Assembly (NCBI GenBank): GCA_963665615.2
Contig: CAXXQE010000008.1
Location: 372,001-436,000, forward strand
Length of the DNA: 64,000 nt
Reading direction: 5' to 3'
Source: Syntrophales bacterium
GTDB taxonomy: Bacteria > Desulfobacterota > Syntrophia > Syntrophales > UBA4778
Position numbers and translations under genes: made by a program. The notes beneath the pieces are model-generated. The model was not told where the DNA came from. It searched no databases and was given only the letters and a program-made list of their open reading frames with translations. Shown in pieces: positions 54,778-64,000 of this stretch. The stretch's first letter is position 1, and each line of letters starts with the position of its first letter.

Positions 54778-55119
54778 TTACGCCTGCTGCGCTGCACTAT
54801 AACAGCAGCGCACAGTCGTATAGATTCCGCCTCGGACATTAAACTTTCCGATAATTTCAACCCACTTCGGTTTGACGCATGAGACAAAATCGTCGAGAAT
54901 GACATTGACCGCCTCTTCATGGAAAATGCCTCTATCTCGAAATGCGTGAAGGTATAATTTCAGCGATTTCAGTTCGACAAGAAACTTTCCGGGGGTGTAG
55001 TTTATGACGACTTCGGCAAAGTCCGGTTGAGATGTTTTCGGACAAAGACAAGTGAATTCGGGACACGTAATATGAACATCATAGTCCCGATCCGCATACA
55101 AATTCGGTACGGTTTCCAT
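54778..55119 (-). CDS. queF: PreQ0 reductase (unimodular QueF)
   Basis: PEFTCLCPKTSQPDFA, VELKSLKLYL, FHE, RGGI. Confidence 0.95.
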   Translation of the reverse strand: METVPNLYADRDYDVHITCPEFTCLCPKTSQPDFAEVVINYTPGKFLVELKSLKLYLHAFRDRGIFHEEAVNVILDDFVSCVKPKWVEIIGKFNVRGGIYTTVRCCYSAAQQA

Positions 55120-55453
55120 ACATTGCTCTCTTCATTTTTTATTTGCAGTCTTTTTTATCACCGTGTCATAACCGTGTCAATGTTCCCGCATTGTTTCCCC
55201 GCTATCCATGATGAACCACAGAAGGGGCTGGGCGATGTGAAGTAATCTGAACTCGTCATATCCATGAAACGTCCGTTGCAAAACGCATTATTCCCAAGCG
55301 CATCATTTAGAGGCCTTGTCGACATCTCGCTGCTTATCGTCTTCAGAGCCATTTCCGCATGCGCCTGGTTCTTTGCCCTTTGAAAGTGATGTTAAAAAGC
55401 AAATTTTTTTATTATGATGTAAAAAATCATCTTTACTTTAAAAGAATACTAAC

Positions 55454-56116
55454 ATGAAAGATATGTCTGATTTAAAAGCCTTTCTAATTGAGGCGGAGGT
55501 GCTGATCGATCAGGGCCATTTTCAACAAGCTCTTGATTATGCCGGTAAAAGAAGCATGCTTTTCCCGGGCGACATCGGTGCACCTCTCGTTACAATCAAG
55601 GCCCTTCGCGGACTTGGTCGTCGGTCTGAGGCGATTCAGATTATTCAGGACCTAAGGGAAACACTCGATTGCTTGATTTCGATGATTCAGGACATCGACT
55701 TCGAGGAAGGTTACGACGTCGTCAATGTGCCAACTGTCCAACACAACAGTGCTGATTCGTCCATAACCCAAGCAGCTTGCCTAGACGACGAAGAGAACAC
55801 GGTCGTTTCGCAAGATGCTTATGGTGCGAAAGATGAAACGGACACCATAGATGACGAAGATCCCTCTGTAGTCTTGGAAGCATTTTATACTCCAACAATG
55901 GCTGAGCTCTTCGTTCATCAAGGCCATATCGATATGGCCTATGAGATCTATTCCGGTCTACTAAAGAAATATCCGACGAATCCCGTATACAAAGAGCGGC
56001 TCCAGGACTTGTCTCTTTTGCTCCAAAACAGTCAGACTAAAGAACAACCGGAAAAGCAGCGCCAGGTCATCGACGAATTGGAAAGATGGATAACCAAGAT
56101 CAAAAAGGCGAGTTGA
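55454..56116 (+). CDS. Hypothetical TPR-like protein
   Basis: TPTMAELFVHQGH..A..IY motif, acidic linker. Confidence 0.65.
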   Translation: MKDMSDLKAFLIEAEVLIDQGHFQQALDYAGKRSMLFPGDIGAPLVTIKALRGLGRRSEAIQIIQDLRETLDCLISMIQDIDFEEGYDVVNVPTVQHNSADSSITQAACLDDEENTVVSQDAYGAKDETDTIDDEDPSVVLEAFYTPTMAELFVHQGHIDMAYEIYSGLLKKYPTNPVYKERLQDLSLLLQNSQTKEQPEKQRQVIDELERWITKIKKAS

Positions 56117-57201
56117 TCGAGCAATCATCCCATCACCGGAGATTACATCTGATCCGGACTGAAGGGGGGCTTCCACCCGGAGGCGCTTTGTTGACAACCG
56201 ACATGACCTCCATTCGTTATCTATGCGGTTTTTCAGGCAGTGATGGCGCTCTGCTGATAAGTGAGCATAACGCTTTCCTGCTGGTGGACGGACGCTATAC
56301 CACGCAAGCCCGCAGGGAGGCGGCGTTCTCTGAAGTCATCGAATACCGGGAAAAATTGGAAGCCATCGTCGCGATCGTAACCTCAGAGGGTTTTGAACAA
56401 CTTATATTTGACCCATTGTTGATGCTTCTGGATTACTATCTGACCCTGAAGGAGAAATTGCCAAATACCCGGTTATCACCCATAAAAAACGTATTCGGGG
56501 CAATCAGAACCAGAAAGGATCCAAGCGAGGTTTCGACCATACGGCGTGCAGCCGAAATAGCATCATGTGCCTTCACCCGCATTCTTAAAGGCTTGCAAGT
56601 TGGCGTTGAGGAACGAGACCTGGCTTTGGAGCTCGACTACCAGATCCGATCGGCAGGCGCTGACGGAACGTCGTTCAATACGATCGTTGCTTCAGGCCCC
56701 AATGCCGCCTTGCCACATGCCAGACCGAGCCGCCGTAAACTTACCCTTGGAGACTTTATCATTTTCGACTATGGCGCAGTACATTCGGGGTACTGTTCCG
56801 ATGAAACCTGTACCGTCGCTCTCGGCCCAGTCACTAATGAGCAGCGCCTCGTCTATGAAATCGTCAAAGAGGCGCACGACCGAGGCATTGATAAAATCAG
56901 GCCTGGGGTCTCCTGCGCCGAAGTCGATCGAACCGTAAGAGCGCACATTGAGTCAAAGGGCTACGGCATCTTCTTCGGCCATGCGACGGGGCACGGCGTA
57001 GGAATGGAGGTTCATGAAGCACCGCGACTGTCGCAGGCGTCCGAAATCATTCTCGAAGCCGGCATGGTCGTAACAGTGGAACCAGGTATTTATCTCCCTG
57101 AAAAGTGGGGGGTTCGCATTGAAGATCTTGTCGTTGTAACGGAGAGCGGATGTGAACCGCTAAGCCGCGTCCCGAAAGCATTGACTGTTGTAAACAGCTA
57201 A
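56086..57201 (+). CDS. Xaa-Pro aminopeptidase (M24B); start uncertain
   Basis: RYLCGFSGS, DGRY, GYCSDET, HATGHGVG.EVHE, EPGIY, GVRIED. Confidence 0.93.
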   Translation: MDNQDQKGELIEQSSHHRRLHLIRTEGGLPPGGALLTTDMTSIRYLCGFSGSDGALLISEHNAFLLVDGRYTTQARREAAFSEVIEYREKLEAIVAIVTSEGFEQLIFDPLLMLLDYYLTLKEKLPNTRLSPIKNVFGAIRTRKDPSEVSTIRRAAEIASCAFTRILKGLQVGVEERDLALELDYQIRSAGADGTSFNTIVASGPNAALPHARPSRRKLTLGDFIIFDYGAVHSGYCSDETCTVALGPVTNEQRLVYEIVKEAHDRGIDKIRPGVSCAEVDRTVRAHIESKGYGIFFGHATGHGVGMEVHEAPRLSQASEIILEAGMVVTVEPGIYLPEKWGVRIEDLVVVTESGCEPLSRVPKALTVVNS

Positions 57202-57236
57202 ACTTAACCCCAATACAAAACAGAAGGAGACGAGAT

Positions 57237-57632
57237 ATGGCTTTCCCAGAGGATCTTCTCTATAGCCGTGAGCATACTTGGGCCCGAATCGACGGTAATC
57301 TGGCCGTTGTCGGGCTGACCGATTATGCACAGGAAAAACTTGGGGAGCTTCTCGACATTGAACTCCCCCAAGTGGACGATCCCGCAGATCAGGATGAACC
57401 TTTCGGCACGCTTGAAACGGCTAAAGGTGTTTTAGAGCTCATTGCGCCTGTCAGCGGCGATGTCGTTCGGGTCAATGATGACTTGATAGATGATATCGGA
57501 TTAATCGGCAGCGATCCATATGACACGGGCTGGATGATTGTTATTGAAATGAAGGACTTCAGCGAGTTGGAGAACCTGTTGAACGCCCGGGAATATGAGA
57601 ATTACATCGAAGAAGAGGAAGAGCTCGCCTGA
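57237..57632 (+). CDS. gcvH: Glycine cleavage H-like lipoyl carrier
   Basis: YSREHTW, GLTDYAQ, ETAK lipoyl-Lys, DPY..GW. Confidence 0.9.
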   Translation: MAFPEDLLYSREHTWARIDGNLAVVGLTDYAQEKLGELLDIELPQVDDPADQDEPFGTLETAKGVLELIAPVSGDVVRVNDDLIDDIGLIGSDPYDTGWMIVIEMKDFSELENLLNAREYENYIEEEEELA

Positions 57633-58477
57633 TGTCGACGGGGACGTGGAGATTCATACCCATGCAAACGGCATCGGCTGCGGAAAACATGGCAATCGAC
57701 GAGGCCATTTTTCTGGAAAATCAACAACGGCCTACAATACCGACCCTTCGACTGTATGGTTGGCAGACCCCGACGATTTCCCTTGGCATGTTCCAGAATA
57801 TCGAGATGGAAATTAATCTGAAGGCCTGCCGATCCCACTGCATAGACGTCGTGCGTCGCATTACCGGCGGAAAAGCGGTCTTTCATGCGGCGGAACTGAC
57901 TTATTGTGTCGTCGGACGAGAAGAGGATCCGAACTTCCCGCCAGGCATCTTGGGGCGGTATCGGGCAATCAGTGAAGCCGTTTCCGCAGCGCTTTCCCGC
58001 TTCGGCGTTCAGGCAGAGATGAAGAAAGACAAAAGGCAAGACGGCCGAGACGATTTGAAGGGGTTTTGTTTTTCTGTTCCCTCGCAATACGAGCTCCTCG
58101 TCGGCAACAAAAAGATCTGCGGAAGCGCTCAGGCCAGATCGAAGGGCTCTTTCCTGCAGCATGGCTCCCTGCTCATTGATTTCAATCCGGATCTCGTTCA
58201 TGAGCTCCTCTCCGGGCATCGCGACACCAAAGGGGTGGAGAGCCTCCGCCAGTCTGTCACTTGCCTGTCTTCGGAAACAACCACGACCGTTCCCCTTGAC
58301 AATCTGTGTGGAGAACTGACCCATGCCTTCGAGTCCAGGTTTGACATCCGACTTGTTCCGGGCTCCCTGACGCCAGATGAAAACGTCGCCAAGAATCGTT
58401 TACTGGAAGAAAAATACAGGACGGACTGCTGGAATCACCGGGCACAGTGCCCCGCCGAAACCATCCTTTCTTATTGA
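57632..58477 (+). CDS. Lipoate-protein ligase/LipM-like octanoyltransferase
   Basis: NMAIDEA, VRRITGGKAVFH, CF, KKICGSAQ, QHGS. Confidence 0.88.
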   Translation: MSTGTWRFIPMQTASAAENMAIDEAIFLENQQRPTIPTLRLYGWQTPTISLGMFQNIEMEINLKACRSHCIDVVRRITGGKAVFHAAELTYCVVGREEDPNFPPGILGRYRAISEAVSAALSRFGVQAEMKKDKRQDGRDDLKGFCFSVPSQYELLVGNKKICGSAQARSKGSFLQHGSLLIDFNPDLVHELLSGHRDTKGVESLRQSVTCLSSETTTTVPLDNLCGELTHAFESRFDIRLVPGSLTPDENVAKNRLLEEKYRTDCWNHRAQCPAETILSY

Positions 58478-58483
58478 TTTCTA

Positions 58484-58512
58484 TTGACATATTTTAAAGT
58501 GCCCTGTATGAT
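58484..58512 (+). promoter_or_regulatory. Near-consensus sigma70 promoter upstream of rpsU
   Basis: TTGACA-17-TATGAT. Confidence 0.75.
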
Positions 58513-58709
58513 GCGCAGACTTAAGGAAGGTCTTGATTAGTGATAGTCTATTGGAGATTGGGGGTGTTGACGTTTCAGTTCTCTTGATTCGGAGTCGTGG
58601 CCATCGCCTTGCTTACGGGCCGGAGCTGAATCGTATTCTGTAATTGACACAATCGCAAATTGCGATTGTGTTCCTATGCACCCTAACCTCAAATAGAAAG
58701 GAAAAGACA

Positions 58710-58901
58710 TTGGAAGTAAAAGTCATCGACAACGATATCGACAAGGCCCTGAAGGTCTTAAAAAATAAACTCTCCAAAAGCGGCTTGTTCAAGGAACTCA
58801 AGTTAAGGCGAGCCTATGAAAAGCCCTCTGTGAAAAAAAAGAGAAAAGCCATTGAAGCCCGCCGGCGGCTTGCCAAAGCACAACGCAGGAGATCCTCTTA
58901 G
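58710..58901 (+). CDS. rpsU: 30S ribosomal protein S21
   Basis: IDKALKVLK, YEKPS; TTG 58710 after AAAGGA. Confidence 0.93.
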   Translation: MEVKVIDNDIDKALKVLKNKLSKSGLFKELKLRRAYEKPSVKKKRKAIEARRRLAKAQRRRSS

Positions 58902-58926
58902 TTCTTGATTGGGCTCTAACACCAGG

Positions 58927-59580
58927 ATGAACGATCAACAATACTTGGTAGATGCTTTATCTATCGAAGAGTCGTGGCGGATGTTCCGCATTATGGCCGA
59001 ATTTGTCGAGGCCATTGAGGAGCTGTCCCGAATCGGCAGGGCGGTCAGCGTTTTCGGATCGGCACGGACACAACCGGAAGACGAATGTTACAAAAAGGCT
59101 GAATACCTTGGACGCAGACTCGCTGAGTGCGGTTTCGGCGTCATCACCGGCGGCGGACCCGGCATCATGGAGGCCGCCAACAAGGGCGCCCTTGAAGGCG
59201 GCGGCGTTTCCGTCGGCATGAATATCAAACTGCCCTTCGAGCAGAAGCCGAATATTTTTACAAACGTCTCCCTCGACTACAAATATTTCTTCATCCGCAA
59301 GGTCATGTTCGTGAAGTATGCCGTGGCATACATCGTCCTGCCGGGAGGATTCGGCACTCTGGACGAACTCTTCGAAGCCCTGACGCTGATTCAAACCAAG
59401 AGAATCAAGAGCTTTCCCGTCGTCTTGATGGGGAGCGATTACTGGGGCGGTCTGTTGAAGTGGATCAAGAACACGCTGGTGAAGGACAATAAAATACTGC
59501 CAGAGGATCTTAACCTCATCCAGGTCATTGATGATCCGGATGACGTCATCAAGTACATTCAGAAGTACGTAATCGTCTAG
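58927..59580 (+). CDS. LOG family (TIGR00730-type) nucleotide phosphoribohydrolase
   Basis: FGSAR, TGGGPGIMEA, RKVMF, PGGFGTLDE. Confidence 0.92.
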   Translation: MNDQQYLVDALSIEESWRMFRIMAEFVEAIEELSRIGRAVSVFGSARTQPEDECYKKAEYLGRRLAECGFGVITGGGPGIMEAANKGALEGGGVSVGMNIKLPFEQKPNIFTNVSLDYKYFFIRKVMFVKYAVAYIVLPGGFGTLDELFEALTLIQTKRIKSFPVVLMGSDYWGGLLKWIKNTLVKDNKILPEDLNLIQVIDDPDDVIKYIQKYVIV

Positions 59581-59598
59581 TCCAAGAAAGATTTTAAC

Positions 59599-62103
59599 AT
59601 GGATCAGCTTTTTCAGAAAAACATCCCCGTCAATATCGAAGACGAGATGAAAAAGTCTTATATGGATTACGCGATGAGCGTCATCATCGGGCGGGCCATC
59701 CCCGATTTCCGCGATGGCCTGAAACCCGTCCATCGTCGGGCGCTTTTCGCCATGTCCGAAATGGGGAACGTCTGGAACAAGCCCTATAAAAAGGCAGCCA
59801 GAATCGTCGGAGATATCATCGGTAAGTACCATCCGCACGGAGATACGGCCGCTTACGATACGATCGTTCGCATGGCGCAGGATTTCTCCATGCGCTATCC
59901 CCTGATCGACGGCCAGGGTAACTTTGGCTCTATCGACGGCGATTCCGCGGCGGCCATGCGTTATACGGAAGTCCGTATGGCGCGTATTACCGAGGAACTG
60001 CTCTCCGATCTCGACAAAAATACCGTCGATTTCACGCCGAACTACGACGCCTCTCTTGAGGAACCTGTCGTGCTGCCGGCCAAGCTCCCGCTGCTTCTCT
60101 TGAACGGTTCTGCCGGAATCGCCGTGGGCGTCGCCACCAACATTCCGCCACACAACCTGAGCGAGGTTGCCGAGGGAACGATTGCCTTGATCCGCGATCC
60201 GGAGATCACGATCGAAGGACTCATGAAGTTTATCAAAGGACCGGACTTCCCGACCGCAGGCTTCATCAATGGCAGAGAAGGGATCATTTCCGCCTACATG
60301 ACCGGACGGGGCATCCTCCGGATCCGCGCCAAGGCCAATATCGAGCGCAATGCCCGCAATGACCGGGAGAGCATCATCGTCACGGAGCTCCCCTATCAGG
60401 TCAACAAGGCGACCCTCATCGAGAAAATCTCCGAGCTGGTCCGGGACAAAAAGATTACAGGCATCTCCGATCTGCGTGACGAATCGGACCGCGACGGCAT
60501 CCGCATCGTGATCGACCTTAAGAAGGACGAGATCCCCGGCGTCCTGCTCAATCAGCTCTACAAGTTCACCCAGATGGAGGCGAGCTTCGGCATCATTATG
60601 CTCGCCATCGACAACGGGCAGCCGGCGATTCTCAACCTCAAGGAAATTCTGATCCGATTCATCGACTTCCGCAAGGAAGTGGTGGTCCGCAGAACCTTCT
60701 TTGAAATCACCAAGGCCAAAGAACGCGCCCATATTTTGGAAGGCTTGCTCAAGGCGCTTGGAAACATAGACCGGGTCATCGCGCTCATCAAACAATCGAA
60801 TAGTCCGCAGGAAGCCGGCGCCGCGCTGTGCCGGGAATTTGACCTGACAGAGATCCAGGCCAAGGCCATCCTCGACATGCGCCTGCAACGCCTGACCGCC
60901 CTCGAACAGCACAAGATCGAAGACGAGTACCGCGATCTGATGAAACTCATCAGCGAACTCCAGGCCATCCTCGATGACCCGCAGAAGGTTTTAGAGGTTA
61001 TCATCAAGGAGCTCCAGGAGATCAAGGCCAAGTACGGCGACGAGCGCCGAACGGAGATCGTCCATTCGAGCGAGGACATCGACATCGAAGACATGATCGT
61101 CGAGGAGGACATGGTCGTCACCGTGTCGCACTCCGGCTATATCAAGCGCAACCCTGTCAGCCTCTACCGCAGCCAACATCGGGGCGGACGCGGCAAGGTC
61201 GGTATGGGCATGAAGGACGAGGATTTCATCGAGCATCTCTTCGTTGCCTCTACGCACAGTTACATTCTGATCTTTACCAACAAGGGCAAGGTTTACTGGC
61301 TCAAGGTTTACCAGGTACCGCAGGCGGGACGGGCCGCCAAGGGCAAAGCTATCGTCAACCTGATCCAGATCGCGGAAGGAGAGCGCGTTGCCGCGATTCT
61401 GCCTGTCCGCGAATTCGTCGAAGGCAAATTCGTCCTCATGGCGACGAAAAAGGGCATCCTGAAAAAGACCGACCTCAACGAATACTCCAGACCCAGGACC
61501 GGCGGCATTATCGCTATCACGATCGACGAGGATGACGAACTAATCGATGTCAAGCAGACCCTGGGCGATCAGGACGTCTTCCTCGGAACCCGCAAGGGAA
61601 TCGCGATCCGTTTCAAGGAATCCGATGTCCGGGATATGGGACGGACGGCGCGCGGCGTCATCGGCATCCGCATGGACGACGACGACGAGATCGTCGGCAT
61701 GGAGATCGTCGGAGGCGGCAACAATGCCATCCTCACTGTCTCTGAAAGAGGATACGGCAAACGCACGGATACCGAAGAGTATCGTCCACAAGGACGCGGC
61801 GGCCGGGGCATTCTCAATGTCAAGACCACCTCGAAGATCGGGATGGTCTCCGGCATCCGTCAGGTTACCGGCGAAGAGGACGTCATGCTGATCAGCAATG
61901 CCGGCAACATTATCCGCCTCCACGTCAACGAGATCCCGCTGCTGCACCGCAATACGCAGGGCGTGAGGCTGATCGATCTGGGAGACGACGAGCAGGTCGT
62001 CGCCGTCGCCCGAACCGAGCGCGACAACGGCGGTAAGGACGACGAGGGCGCGGACGCGCCCGACATGGCCGTGGAGGAGACGGGGGACCTGTTGGAAGAA
62101 TAA
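59599..62103 (+). CDS. gyrA: DNA gyrase subunit A
   Basis: YHPHGD, AAMRYTE, GyrA box QHRGGRG. Confidence 0.98.
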   Translation: MDQLFQKNIPVNIEDEMKKSYMDYAMSVIIGRAIPDFRDGLKPVHRRALFAMSEMGNVWNKPYKKAARIVGDIIGKYHPHGDTAAYDTIVRMAQDFSMRYPLIDGQGNFGSIDGDSAAAMRYTEVRMARITEELLSDLDKNTVDFTPNYDASLEEPVVLPAKLPLLLLNGSAGIAVGVATNIPPHNLSEVAEGTIALIRDPEITIEGLMKFIKGPDFPTAGFINGREGIISAYMTGRGILRIRAKANIERNARNDRESIIVTELPYQVNKATLIEKISELVRDKKITGISDLRDESDRDGIRIVIDLKKDEIPGVLLNQLYKFTQMEASFGIIMLAIDNGQPAILNLKEILIRFIDFRKEVVVRRTFFEITKAKERAHILEGLLKALGNIDRVIALIKQSNSPQEAGAALCREFDLTEIQAKAILDMRLQRLTALEQHKIEDEYRDLMKLISELQAILDDPQKVLEVIIKELQEIKAKYGDERRTEIVHSSEDIDIEDMIVEEDMVVTVSHSGYIKRNPVSLYRSQHRGGRGKVGMGMKDEDFIEHLFVASTHSYILIFTNKGKVYWLKVYQVPQAGRAAKGKAIVNLIQIAEGERVAAILPVREFVEGKFVLMATKKGILKKTDLNEYSRPRTGGIIAITIDEDDELIDVKQTLGDQDVFLGTRKGIAIRFKESDVRDMGRTARGVIGIRMDDDDEIVGMEIVGGGNNAILTVSERGYGKRTDTEEYRPQGRGGRGILNVKTTSKIGMVSGIRQVTGEEDVMLISNAGNIIRLHVNEIPLLHRNTQGVRLIDLGDDEQVVAVARTERDNGGKDDEGADAPDMAVEETGDLLEE

Positions 62104-62272
62104 GTTTCTAGTCTCGAGTTTCGAATTTCTAGTTCAAAAGATAAGATCGCGGGGGCAGGATTTTTTCCTGCCCTTTTTTTATCGTGAACGCGAACGACCA
62201 AGCGTGTATACTTATGGTGTCACGAAGAGATTAGTTTTTTAGCTCTAAACGCGAGACTCGAAACCCGTAACT
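62103..62272. repeat. Inverted pair of 7-mer arrays enclosing the gyrA terminator
   Basis: AGTTTCT AGTCTCG AGTTTCG AATTTCT (62103-62135) versus AACGCGA GACTCGA AACCCGT AACT (62248-62272). Confidence 0.65.
62153..62180 (+). terminator. Intrinsic terminator
   Basis: GGGCAGGA-loop-TCCTGCCC-T7. Confidence 0.8.
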
Positions 62273-62279
62273 TTTTACC

Positions 62280-62690
62280 ATGTATCATATCCTCGATCAT
62301 ACGGCCGATCTTCGGATCGAAGTGACAGGCCCGACACGCAACGCGCTTTTCGAGAACTGTGCCCTGGCGGTGACCGACCTGCTGACCGATCCGAAAAAGA
62401 TCGATGCCGCCCTATCGAGGCAGCTCATTGCCGAGGGGCTGGACCCGGTTGATCTCCTGATTAATTTTCTGCGCGAGGTGCTTTACCTCTTCAACGGCGA
62501 AGGCTTTCTCACTAAAGCGATTCACATTTCTGATCTTTCCGACACCAGTCTCCAGGCAGACCTGATAGGCGACACGTTCGACCCGGCCCGACACGCGCTC
62601 CGCACAGAGATCAAGGCCGTTACGTACCATCAGGCGTGCATTCAGCAGCGCGAGAATAAATGGATCGCGAGGGTGCTCTTCGATGTCTAA
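62280..62690 (+). CDS. Archease
   Basis: LDHTAD, EIKAVTYH, C-terminal LFDV. Confidence 0.93.
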   Translation: MYHILDHTADLRIEVTGPTRNALFENCALAVTDLLTDPKKIDAALSRQLIAEGLDPVDLLINFLREVLYLFNGEGFLTKAIHISDLSDTSLQADLIGDTFDPARHALRTEIKAVTYHQACIQQRENKWIARVLFDV

Positions 62691-64000
62691 TCTGCGCATG
62701 GAAAAAATCGATGCCTGCCGGTGGCGGATACCGGCGCAGGGGGGCATGCGGGTTCCGGGCATCATCTATACGAACGAGGACCTCCTGAAAAAGGGGGGGG
62801 ACGAGAGCCCCATTCAGGTCGCCAACGTTGCCCAACTGCCGGGGATCGTCGGCCAGTCGCTGGCCATGCCGGATGTCCACTGGGGATACGGCTTTCCGAT
62901 CGGCGGTGTGGCGGCCTTCGACCCCGCCGACGGCATCATCTCGCCGGGGGGCGTCGGTTACGATATCAACTGCGGCTGCCGACTGATCGCGACCAAGCTC
63001 CACTATGCCGAGATTAAAGACAACCTCGAGCGACTGGTCACCAACCTCTACCGAAACATTCCCTCCGGCGTCGGCTCAAAGGGTCCCCTGAAGCTCTCCG
63101 ATAAAGAAGAAAAAGGAGTCCTGCTAAACGGCGCCCGCTGGGCGGTTGAACACGGCTACGGTTCGCCCGCGGACCTGGACGTAACGGAAGAAGAAGGATG
63201 TCTGGCAGGCGCCGACCCCGACCTGGTCAGCGAGCGGGCCCTTGCGCGCGGGCGGGAGCAACTCGGGACGCTCGGCTCAGGCAATCATTTTCTGGAGATC
63301 GACATCGTTGAGGAGATCTTTGACCCAAAGGCCGCGGCGGCCTTCGGTCTGGAAAAAGGCCAGGTCACGGTCCTCATCCACACCGGCTCCCGGGGGCTCG
63401 GCTATCAGATCTGCGACGACTACCTGGCCCAGATGATGAAGTACACTCAGAAGAGCGGCCTTTACCTTCCGGATCGACAACTGGCCTGCGCCCATATCGA
63501 TTCGGAAGAGGGCAGGCGGTACTTCGCCGCCATGTGCAGTGCAGCCAATTACGCGTGGGCCAACCGGCAAATCATGATGCACTGGACGCGGGAAACTTTT
63601 GAACGGACGCTGCGCAGGAGTCCGCGCGATCTCGGGATGCGGCTGGTCTATGACGTCGCCCACAACATCGCCAAGTTCGAGTCCTTTCCTGTGGAGGGAA
63701 AACTGCGCCGGCTGTGCGTTCACCGCAAGGGCGCCACACGGGCCTTTCCAGCAGGACATCCGCTGGTTCCGGCCGCGTACCGCGCCGTCGGACAACCCGT
63801 TCTCATTCCCGGCGACATGGCCACCGGTTCGTATGTCATGGTCGGAACGGACAAGGCCATGGCAGAGACCTTCGGAAGCACCTGCCACGGCGCAGGCCGT
63901 GTCATGAGCCGCACGCAGGCAATCAAGGCCAGTCAGGGACGGGCGATCAAAAGTGAGATGGCGGAGCGCGGCGTACTGGTCCTGTCAACCGGAAAGGGCA
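62683..64000 (+). CDS. rtcB: RNA ligase RtcB, runs off the right edge (not in ORF track)
   Basis: Manual translation: AMPDVHWGYGFPIGGV, GVGYDINCG, GTLGSGNHF, HTGSRG, DVAHN, HRKGAT, STCHGAGR. Confidence 0.96.
   Translation, partial: MSNLRMEKIDACRWRIPAQGGMRVPGIIYTNEDLLKKGGDESPIQVANVAQLPGIVGQSLAMPDVHWGYGFPIGGVAAFDPADGIISPGGVGYDINCGCRLIATKLHYAEIKDNLERLVTNLYRNIPSGVGSKGPLKLSDKEEKGVLLNGARWAVEHGYGSPADLDVTEEEGCLAGADPDLVSERALARGREQLGTLGSGNHFLEIDIVEEIFDPKAAAAFGLEKGQVTVLIHTGSRGLGYQICDDYLAQMMKYTQKSGLYLPDRQLACAHIDSEEGRRYFAAMCSAANYAWANRQIMMHWTRETFERTLRRSPRDLGMRLVYDVAHNIAKFESFPVEGKLRRLCVHRKGATRAFPAGHPLVPAAYRAVGQPVLIPGDMATGSYVMVGTDKAMAETFGSTCHGAGRVMSRTQAIKASQGRAIKSEMAERGVLVLSTGKG

Noticed and set aside
55120..55185. 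PreQ1 riboswitch upstream of queF
   Set aside because: A-rich tail present but P1 stem is mismatched; only a 9-bp direct repeat ACCGTGTCA x2 is certain; an Rfam scan would settle it
58957..60912. 651-aa antisense ORF across LOG and gyrA
   Set aside because: Mirror frame of GC3-biased genes; no recognisable domain or RBS

Overview
Mostly core chromosome of an anaerobic deltaproteobacterium, probably Syntrophales (Syntrophus/Smithella-like), judged from the acs-etfB-etfA-Fe-S oxidoreductase cluster, thiolase, DUF39 enzyme and deltaproteobacterial gene order. Left end (1-9.4 kb): variable surface-glycan/LPS locus with two GT2s, a GT-D-like protein, a flavoprotein-epimerase-GtrA-polytopic membrane cassette, and one intact plus one truncated GT9. 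Then thiolase, pyrG, guaA, a double-size GlmS with an acetyltransferase-only GlmU, elyC-like, acs-etfBA-EMO, hflX, waaA, rho-rpmE-prfA-prmC-murA-hisD, tRNA-Gly, rimP-nusA-infB-rbfA-truB-rpsO-pnp, dut, DUF39, ftsB-like, pilMNOPQ, queF, pepP-gcvH-lipoate ligase, rpsU, LOG, gyrA and archease-rtcB (truncated at the edge). No CRISPR, prophage, integrase or transposase is visible. Best candidates for poorly described biology: the giant GlmS/split GlmU pair, the GtrA glycan-decoration cassette, a probable ATC start for hflX, a C10 tract in pilM, and several structured or short-repeat intergenic elements. Single-G frameshifts in acs and EMO are probably sequencing errors. All calls come from motif recognition by eye; no database searches were run.
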